64,000 nt of DNA from Eledone cirrhosa (lineage: Eukaryota): assembly GCA_964016885.1 (NCBI GenBank), contig OZ024742.1, positions 42,222,001 to 42,286,000 of the forward strand. Reading direction: 5' to 3'. Within the stretch, counting starts at the first letter, position 1. The number at the start of each line of letters is the position of its first letter. Below, piece after piece: positions 54,940 to 64,000 of the stretch. Position numbers and translations under genes: made by a program. The notes beneath the pieces are model-generated. The model was given only the letters and a program-made list of their open reading frames with translations. It searched no databases and had not been told where the DNA came from.

Positions 54940-54955
54940 GGCGCGCGTGTTTGAA
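54940..54955 (+). promoter_or_regulatory. CDE/CHR-like tandem element upstream of SYCP3
   Basis: GGCGCG, 4-nt spacer, TTTGAA, about 170 bp upstream of the ATG. A possible 5'-UTR intron lies at 55046-55120. Confidence 0.45.
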
Positions 54956-55124
54956 GATAATACTGATCGTCTTGGTCTATTTGAATTTATTGTCAATCAG
55001 AGAAGACTTAAGACATTGCTTTGTGTTTGATTTTCAATCGAAACGGTATTAGGTCATTATCATCTCAATAGAAACGTCTCAGTTTCCTATCAAAATAATT
55101 GTTTTGACGTTTTAACTAAGCAAT

Positions 55125-55218
55125 ATGCCGAGAAAAGTTACAAAAAGAGCTGCATCTTCGTCAGATAAAGAAGAAGTGTCACCAGTTCTTGTTCAAAACA
55201 GTTCGCCAGAAATCGGAG
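55125..55218 (+). CDS. SYCP3: Synaptonemal complex protein 3, coding exon 1
   Basis: ATG; MPRKVTKRAASSSDKEEVSPVLVQNSSPEIG; GTTAGA donor in phase 1, in frame with downstream exons. The N-terminus is poorly conserved, so this exon is assigned by phase and position. Confidence 0.7.
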
Positions 55219-56458
55219 GTTAGAGCTATAAACTCGCTTTTTTTTCTGTTACGTAACTCTAAAATACTTTCGTTTCTAATTCTATGTATGTTGGTTTAGT
55301 AATTAAGTAATGTTCAATGAAATCAATTTAATATAATCATATTATAAGAACACTTACAATTTGTGAAAGGTATAATGGCGTGTCCCTTTTTAAACCAGAC
55401 GATTCTTTTTTTACGATTTCAATATTTGATCTCGACCAAGAGAGAAAATTCGCTTATCGAACTTTTGGATTAGAATTAAAGCTAATATGTTAGTTATAAT
55501 TCGCTTGTTTTCTAAATTTCATATTATTTCTCGTTCTCGAGTCATAACAGCCGGGGTCTTTCTATGATAATAATCTTGAGATTTGGGCATAACTATAGTT
55601 TAAATCCATCGACTTTGTTTCCTCATACTTTTCTAAATAATGCATATTTTTTAATGAAGTTTTGGAGATATAATTTTTGAGAGTGTATCTTACGCTAATG
55701 TTGACGAAAAAAAAATTTGTTTTCCCCAGTTCTTAGTTGTTGAAATTATTTTTTTAATAGAAAACCTATAATATTATCCTGATTGATATCGTTTATTATC
55801 AGCATGATAAACCAATTCTGGAGTTTGTTTAATCTACTGCAAATACAAATAGAAAGTATTTCATAAATGAAAATCATTAACGAACGAACTACATACAATA
55901 ATGAAAGTATTCAAAAAATTTAATTATCAACATAATTGTAATCTCCACCAGAGAAAACGTGTCTGCTAAATTCCATTTAAAGATAAATTTTAAGAACGTT
56001 ATAAGAAAACAAGTGTGTTGGGGAGAGACACTAAGCTATAGTTATGTAAGTTCTGAAGATCGAAACCTCGCTCTACTTATGTTTGCTTTCGCAGGGTCGG
56101 GGGTCATGGCACCTCCAATAATTATATTTTTCTCCCCAAACTACTAAAACACATCTATTTGTATATGATCTACCGATATTTTATAGCCTCTGGAATTTGA
56201 GAATTCCGGGGCAGCTGTACCACTGAAAATGTTGACAGCTCACCTTACTCAAATATCAGACGATGTTCGTTGAAAGTCTATTTTAGCGCCTTAATATCGC
56301 TATCATAAGGCCGTGAGGGTATTGACTTGCTTCAAAAGGTTTTTACGGAGAAATAAACCAACATTTTCTGTTGTTGTGTGTAATTGAGTCTGCACTCATC
56401 TCGTTTTTTTTTTGTTTCTTCTGATTAATTTCTATTGCTTTATTTCTTTTGTAAACCA

Positions 56459-57213
56459 GGCGTTCCTTACTTTTAGCGGTGTCAAGAATGAAAGTAAATT
56501 TATTTTCATTTTCGAACGTCGTGTTTACATTTTGTGTGTGTGTTTAAAGGAAACATGCTGGCGACGAAGCTTCTTCTTTGCACGGCTCCATGTGTTCTTT
56601 ATGAGCTGTGTGTGCACATCAGGGTCCGCAGGATCTACAAAGTTCCGTTCGTGCACCACAACATCATGAACGTAAATCCCACCTTCAATTTCCTCAATTT
56701 CCGAATAGGAAGCCCAACCATCTTGTAATGCGGCTTGCAGAATGGCGAGTCCATCATTGTCGAGATAGAAGAATCCAAATACTTCCATAGAAAGTATCAT
56801 CGTGGCCTGTGGAGACAAGGCCACTGGGTCTTCGGCGCTGTTGAACGTCATTCTGGACGCTGCTGCCTTGTAGAAGTCCCCAATCGAAGCTGTGACACTC
56901 TCGTCCACATCATTCAGCAGGGATTTTGCCAGGCAGCTGCATCATCTCCGATGGTTGGGCTTCCTATTCGGAAATTGAGGAAATTGAAGGTGGGATTTAC
57001 GTTCATGATGTTGTGGTGCACGAACGGAACTTTGTAGATCCTGCGGACCCTGATGTGCACACACAGCTCATAAAGAACACATGGAGCCGTGCAAAGAAGA
57101 AGCTTCGTCGCCAGCATGTTTCCTTTAAACACACACACAAAATGTAAACACGACGTTCGAAAATGAAAATAAATTTACTTTCATTCTTGACACCGCTAAA
57201 AGTAAGGAACGCC
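56459..57213 (+). mobile_element. Merlin (IS1595/IS1016-like) non-autonomous element with 264-bp TIRs, in SYCP3 intron
   Basis: Transposase remnant VEIEESKY..RKYHRG...WVFG..ER...IISDGW.SY...H..V.H...FVDP...HTQ.I...W. TIRs start GGCGTTCC; 9-bp TSD TGTAAACCA at 56450-56458 and 57214-57222. Confidence 0.92.
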
Positions 57214-58395
57214 TGTAAACCATATATAAGTTGTTTATATGTACCAAAACACGCATCTACTTGTTTATGCGCTACAATTTATGTACATGACACAATGCTT
57301 ACAGGAAAGTCGTCATTATATATGTTATTATAAACGTGAATAAATTGTATGAAATTTATGTACATGTTATGTTTATCGCATATCGAAGTATTTTTTTATA
57401 TCTTGGTTGATATTTGATAACAGCTAAACTAATAACTAAATTAACCAAATTTGCCCCCCCCCCCCCCCCCTCGCCCCTGATGTACAAGGGTTTTTTAAAG
57501 AATAAAACTGTGATTTTAACACAACTTACTTTGTACGATTTTCCATACATTTTCCCAAGAATATCAACCAAGTTACTTTCACCTTTTTGGCACTGTAAAA
57601 TAAGATTCGACCGTTAAATTTACCGTATATACTTGAATATAAGTTGATACCTGGGTTGTCCAGTGTTGGTAGGAAGAGGCCAGATGGTCTTACTCTTAGT
57701 GATAATTTTTCTCTTTCCCACAACCTGGATAATGCGATAAAAGTGGAGGTCACTATAGTATAAGATACTTGCCCAAGGAACCACACAGTAGAACTGAACT
57801 CGAAACCATTTGGATGTAAAGCAAACTCCTTAACCACACAGCCATGCCTGTGTCTACTTATTATTTCAACATAATGCCATTCAAAATAAATACAATTTAT
57901 GAGAATTTGAGAATGATTCAGGTTGTGGATGCTCATGTGCAAAAATCAAAATGAATTGAACTATAAACTTTCACTATGAAAACTTTCTGTTTTAGACTGT
58001 AAAATTCCAGGATAATGCTGTGATTGAAAACATCAAATACTATATTGTGATTATAGATACTCTTGTTACCATATTTTTAATGAAAGACACTGCTTTGGTT
58101 TTCTGGAGTGATTTAGTAATATGACTTGCTTTCTCATTATTATGCTGGAACATAAAGGTTCTCACATAAAATTATAATGGAAAATTTTCAGATAAATATA
58201 AATACTTTAAAATAAACAGTTTTGTAATATAAAAGCAGGGGCAGTTTCAAGTGGTTTGAAATTAAGTATTAGTTTGATGAACTTAGCTATTAACTTCTAT
58301 TTTATAATTTTGACTTCTTTTACCATTTCCAATTAACATCTAAGATGGGAATGGCATTTATCAAATTATTTTCTGGAAATATTTTTTTTTTTCAG

Positions 58396-58468
58396 ATGCC
58401 GAATCACCAAATCAACTAAAAGTGTGTAAGAAAAAAGATACTACCGTTGTTAATGAGGAAGAGTTTGG
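58396..58468 (+). CDS. SYCP3: SYCP3 coding exon 2
   Basis: Poly-T plus cag acceptor; DAESPNQLKVCKKKDTTVVNEEEFG; GTACGG donor; phase 1/2. Confidence 0.8.
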
Positions 58469-60770
58469 GTACGGCTTCATTTATGAGATTATATTTAAGA
58501 GATTTGAAATTTAAATTGTATTTTTGACAGGTGCATAAGGAAGCCTTATATTTTTAGATGTTGGGAAAATGTTTAATCTTATACATACATCATGTAGAAG
58601 CAGTATGCTATTTTTTTTGTCTCTCTTTCTCACCTTCAAAAATAAAAAATAAATTTCATTTTGCTGTTTTGCTTTACAGCTTTTGTTTGTACTGATAGTG
58701 AGTATGAAAATTACTAAATTCATTTGATATGCTGAACTAAATGTATGTTTAAAATATATATATTAGCCTTGTAGAGAAATGAAACTCTGGAGAAATACAC
58801 CCAAATTCTTGTTGCATTGCATGGGTATTGCTCTGAGTGTGCTGTTTACATTTTAAAAATTCTTTGTTATGATGCCACCTGTCAGAGTATAAAGAATTAT
58901 GTCTGGTTTAGTATATAAAACCATTATATGCATTTGTATTACAAGGACATGAAGTGTTTACGTCATCATCATCAAAGCGTCCGTTTTTCCATGACTCCAA
59001 TTCAACACAACATCTCTTCACTCTCCGTGTTCCTTTGTCATCTCTTCTGTGGGTCTCGGTGATTTGAGATCAGCTCTCACCCCCTCTGCCCAGGTCTACC
59101 TTCACTGCAGCTTCCTACCACTGGGATTTCCTGGCACTTTTTCACCACATACAGCTTGCAGCCACAGTTTGCCCATGGCTGTTCTAAATTATTATGATAT
59201 TCCTCTCTCCTGTAGTGTAAGAAGAAAGCATTTTTCTAGGACATTCACAGAACTCATAGTAATACTGGTATTACGATGAGAAAATTTTAATTGATGAACA
59301 AGTCTAGTTATATCTTGTAAGTGTAAAAGTAAATGTAGTGGGAGATTGGAGACTTTATGGAGAAGAGAAATCTCTTCTAGCCTGCAGTGAATAAGACAAC
59401 CTCCTTAGTGTAAGTGTGTCACAATGGAATGCTCTCAGCAATCCCTGTAAAGTAGTTAACAAACTGAGTCAGTATAGGATAGAGGGGACCCTTTGGTCTT
59501 GTCGAGGACTTGACAACTACCCTAGTGTTGGTGCTACTATAAATTGTGGTACACCCTGTAAAGTAGTTGGTGTTAGGAAGGGCATTCACTTATAGAAATG
59601 TTAAAATAACACATACACCAACCCATCTAGTCTTGGATCATGATGACCCATCAAACCTATGCCATCATGGAAAGTGCACATAACATGACAATAAATTATT
59701 CTCAGTGAAAGGAAAACAGTTAAAAGAAATTTTGAAAAGAATTTTACATTTATTTGTAATTTAGAAAATTAATTGATAATTTAATAAAAAGCTTCATAGT
59801 GCAGTGCAGATTAATGCTAAAAATAATCAAGTTGGTATCATATTTCATAAGTGGATCTTGTTAAATAGAATTTTATGTTATCGCTAAAGCAGACACTGGA
59901 TATATATAATTTCTTAGATTTTTGGTTTTCCATGATAGTTTCTGAGCTCAAGATATGTTTTGTAACTAATGAAACAAATATAGATTATATATGGTTTAGT
60001 TTCTAATGTTTGTGAATAACATTAACCATTTTCATACCAAAATGTTTATATTGATGTAAAAACCTTCCATAATAATTTTGTGTAAGACTCTTTATGTTCC
60101 AAACACCAATGCATGTTAGTTATATTACTAAATCTTTTCAAATTCTTGATTATTTTCAAAATGATATTAAAAATATATTAATGAAAGGAGAAAATGCATG
60201 GATTTATACAACATGGTGTTAGATGTAGCATCTTAATCTTATATAAAACTTTTGAACCATTTACATCTAATTGATTCATGCTTAGAAAAACTAATTTTAA
60301 ATGAAAATATATTGAAATAAGGGATTAGGATAGGAATTAGTAGTGTAAGAAAGTTAAGTTTTAGATTTATATGACATTATAGTATTTAATATTAATGTTT
60401 TGGGTTTCATTTCTGGACTGGGTTGTGTGTTGTGTTCTTGCACAAAAAAACTTCATTTTACATTTCTCCAGTATACTCAGTTGAAAATGAGTCTCAGCAA
60501 TAGCTGGGGAGTTAACTCTGCGATGGACTGGCATCCTGTCCAGGGGAAGTCTTGTTCTCTCAGTCACTTAATGCTATGGAAACTGGGATAAGCATTGGCC
60601 TGATGAGCCTCCGGGCTCGAGACAGACTTTAGAGGAAATAACATAGATCTATTGGATTTAGAAGTTAATATGTGCAGAAGTGTGTACAGTTTTACGTGTT
60701 TACAGCTTGTTTTAATTATTGACATTTTTTTAATTAATATTTTATGTATGCCTTTTTAACCACTTCCCAG

Positions 60771-60805
60771 TTTTGAAATGAAGAAAATGCTGGAGTCTTT
60801 TGAAG
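60771..60805 (+). CDS. SYCP3: SYCP3 coding exon 3
   Basis: ttcccag acceptor; FEMKKMLESFE; GTGAGT donor; phase 2/1. Resembles vertebrate SYCP3 'EVQNMLE'. Confidence 0.88.
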
Positions 60806-60874
60806 GTGAGTCGAATTTATTTCCACTTTTTACTTTTCATAATTCAAATTATTTCTGTGTATATTATTTGATAA

Positions 60875-61043
60875 TGAGGTTGGTGTTAGGAAGGGCATCC
60901 AGCTGTAGAAATCAAGCCAGATCAGTTCCTGTATGAGCAAGGCATGGTCAGCCGACCAGACACTGCACACAACAGGACAACCCGTCTAACCCATGCTAGC
61001 GTGGAAGAACGGACGTAAAACGGTGATGATGATGATGATGATG
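60875..61043 (+). mobile_element. RTE 3'-UTR-only insertion in a SYCP3 intron
   Basis: Reverse complement of 51421-51590; (GAT)n tail. Confidence 0.85.
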
Positions 61044-61340
61044 AATCCTAATAGCATTCAACTTAAAGTTATTTCATAGCAAAAAGTTATGGCTTATTTT
61101 AAAACAGTTCTTTGAAAATGTAAAAAAAAAACACAATAAAATGTACAGAAATTAATCTCTTTGAACCATTTCTTTTTGTGTGAAGTTTGTAATTTGTTAA
61201 TTCTACAGATATTTTGATGGTCATTTAATATTTATATTAAAGTTTCCATTTCATTGTGTAATAAATACTATTTGGTGTTGCAAATGTGCCATAGAAACCA
61301 TTGATTTTTTAAAAGTTTGATGATTGATTTCATTTGTCAG

Positions 61341-61458
61341 TTGACATAACCAAAACTCTGGCACATAAACGCAAACGCTTGGAATCTTTCACACAAAACA
61401 AAATGAAGAACAGTAACAAGAAGATTGATGAGATATGGAAAATACAACAAATTGAAAG
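61341..61458 (+). CDS. SYCP3: SYCP3 coding exon 4 (Cor1/Xlr conserved region)
   Basis: VDITKTLAHKRKRLESFTQNKMKNSNKKIDEIWKIQQIER matches the SYCP3 CM1 motif (DINKALLAKRKRLE...SNQKIEHVWKTQQ); AG/GT sites; phase 1/2. Confidence 0.93.
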
Positions 61459-62990
61459 GTACTGTCAATAGTTGTATAATTTCATTATAATGATTAATAA
61501 ACAATTTAAACTCTCATTACCCTTTAGCATTTAAACTGGCCATATCTAGCAAGAATTCTGTCACCTCTTTCTCTTCAAACCGGCTGTAACTGGCCACTCA
61601 TACTGATGTTAAGATATTGTTCACAAAATAAATAACATCAACATTTCGTAGATCCAATATTATCTGAAATAATTATGTGATAAAGCCTTTACCACAAAAA
61701 TGCAATAGTAAATATAGAGTAATGTAAATGCTAAAGGGTTAAAGTACATATAGTTTACAACATTTAAGACTTTCTATATGAATCCTATCTTATTTTGATT
61801 ATATATATATATATATTGTATATATTGCATTTGTTTTGCAAGATAAGATTCTTGATGTGAAATTGTGTCTTGAAACAGATACTGTTATACTTTGGAACAG
61901 CCATGTTGCCAATAAAAACACACACAAGTTGAGTTTCACTTCAGTTTATTATTAGTCAGGTAACTAATTCATTCCTAGGTTAGTTTACTAACCAGATGGT
62001 TATTTAATTGTCAAAGCTCTTTCATCACACAATGTTTGACTCTGATAATGACTCTTTTTGTTCTTCTTTTTCTCTTTTATTTATTTCATCTTGGACAAGA
62101 TATACTATTGATAGGCTTGATAAATAAAACAACTGGACCAGTGTTCAAAAAGACAATATATGATGTGAGAATGATTGGAGGCATGAACATGACAGCCAAC
62201 TATAAATATCATATATCTTTATTCATACTGTTCCAAACAATTGTTTCAATGTTGCACAATATAATATATATATATATCCCAGACTTTGTCAAATTGGACC
62301 GAGGAAACAATGTTTCCATTAGTCTTTCCAATTGCTGATAATATCAACAACATGAAATAAAGTGTCTTGCTCGAGGACATAACGCATTGCCCGGTCCAGG
62401 AATCAAACTCACAACCTCACGATTGTGAACCCAATTCTCTAAACACTGAACCACGTGCCTTCATATATAGGTTTGACTATAATTAATTTATCAATTACAA
62501 AGAAACAAGGGTGTGCTTGCAGATGGCCAGTCTTTTGAACATTTAATGTAATGATATAAACTTAAATGAATTAGTTATGTATTACTTTTGGAATAAAGAT
62601 TAATATTACTATGGTTTCTTTTTAATTCACATTTCTTATCAGTAAGCTAGTAAGCTAATTACGGCCTATCTTGTATATCCAGCAAGATATGCTTATTTCA
62701 AACTCATATTACAGTAGCTGTAGATGTTTATTTGTATCTGTGAAATAGTTGGTATTTGAGCAGATTTAAAAGGATTCATAAATTCTTTTATTTAAATTAC
62801 TGTTATCTTAATCATATCAATTGTCTAAGATTTAATTCCCAATTTCAGTTACCTAGCTCTCATGATATTAATAATAACAAACTATATTTATAAGGTATTA
62901 TGTATTTCAATATTAATTTATCTACATGTATTTATTATTTTAACAACAATTCTTATATATTCTTATAATATTTTTATTGTTAAAATATAG

Positions 62991-63090
62991 ACAGAAGTTG
63001 TATGATGACTACTGTGCTCATATGAGCAATATTTTTCAACAATGGGATGTTGATCTGAACAAATCAAAGGAACAAGAAGAAAAATTACTG
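62991..63090 (+). CDS. SYCP3: SYCP3 coding exon 5 (gene continues beyond window)
   Basis: QKLYDDYCAHMSNIFQQWDVDLNKSKEQEEKLL matches SYCP3 'QKL..EY...F...FQQWD.D..K..EQEEK.'; tatag acceptor, GTGAGA donor. Confidence 0.93.
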
Positions 63091-63407
63091 GTGAGAAATG
63101 CAAGATTAAATTTCCATAAAGATCTTTAGTAATTTAGGTTACTGAAGATACTAGAATCCTTTCCATAGTTAATAGTTTCATTAAATATTGTTATGTTTTA
63201 TGAATAAGAGACGCGTTACTATACTTACTGTATATATCTGGTTTAGAATAAAATAGGTACACTATAATCATGTCTGTCACAAGAAGTGACAAAAAGGGTT
63301 GGTGCCAGGAAGGGCATCTGATCACAAAATATTCTTTTAAAAAAAGACTACATGATGAATATGAAGTCTGCAAGGCTGGCCTCTGCTTTAGCAGGAATAA
63401 AATGGCA

Positions 63408-63599
63408 TTAACCCTTTAGGATTTACATTACTCTATATTTACTATTATATATTCATGATAAAGTCTTTATCTCACATAATATCGTATCTATGAGTTTTTG
63501 ATATTTATTTTAAGAACAATACCGGTTACAGCCAGTATGAACAGAAAGAGGTGAGAGAATTTTGGTTGGATACGGTTGGTTTAAATGCTAAAGGGTTAA
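63408..63599. mobile_element. TTAA-flanked piggyBac-like MITE (opposite-orientation sister copy at about 61517-61742)
   Basis: TTAACCCTTTAG...CTAAAGGGTTAA termini. Confidence 0.65.
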
Positions 63600-64000
63600 A
63601 ACACACTTGCTGCTGTTGTACACTTTACTATACTGGCTTCAGTTTTATGTAGAAGCAAGATCCACATTAAATGAGAATGATTTAAAATTACTCACTGGAA
63701 GTAACATTGACATCATGTAAGCAGAAAGGGAAGACAAGAGGATCTATTTCCTCATGGGAATTTGATGTGAATGGTTGTGTCTGTGACCACCTGTGAAACC
63801 TGGGATTTTTTTCACACAAGCTCACAGACATCAGATCACCACAAGGAAAGAGATCCTCTTGTTTTTCCCTTCCTTTCATGTGACATTGTTGCTCCTGTTA
63901 CTTCCAGTGCACAATTCATAACCCTACAATTTATTTATAAGTTAGTTTGGGTAAAGGTGCAGTGTCCATAGAGCTTTTCAAGTATCCTTGGTCGGAGCAG

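Overview
AT-rich, repeat-dense eukaryotic DNA. The SINE/RTE/Penelope/microsatellite landscape suggests a mollusc, most likely an octopus (inference). Two spliced host genes can be rebuilt by eye, arranged head-to-head about 23 kb apart. One is a complete 7-exon minus-strand gene (32097->6116, 326 aa, unrecognised, with short S/T-x-Y/F motifs like those of ciliary/flagellar microtubule-inner proteins). The other is the first five coding exons of SYCP3 on the plus strand (55125->63090, continuing past the window), with a CDE/CHR-like promoter motif. The rest is mostly transposable elements: a near-complete RTE LINE whose RT carries an in-frame PHD-type finger, a complete but decayed GC-rich LTR retrotransposon (5-bp TSD, non-tRNA primer site), four CRE-clade RLE LINE fragments, two Merlin-type elements with 9-bp TSDs, two Helitrons, mariner/Tigger/piggyBac-like elements, many SINEs, and Penelope-like remnants. 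The most striking hidden signal is a dozen or more hammerhead-ribozyme-like motifs from several repeat families, including a 591-bp tandem array with one U3-A8 variant hammerhead per unit (retrozyme-like). There is also a 3.7-kb (AT)n-type tract and a 200-N assembly gap. All calls come from reading the sequence; no searches were run.
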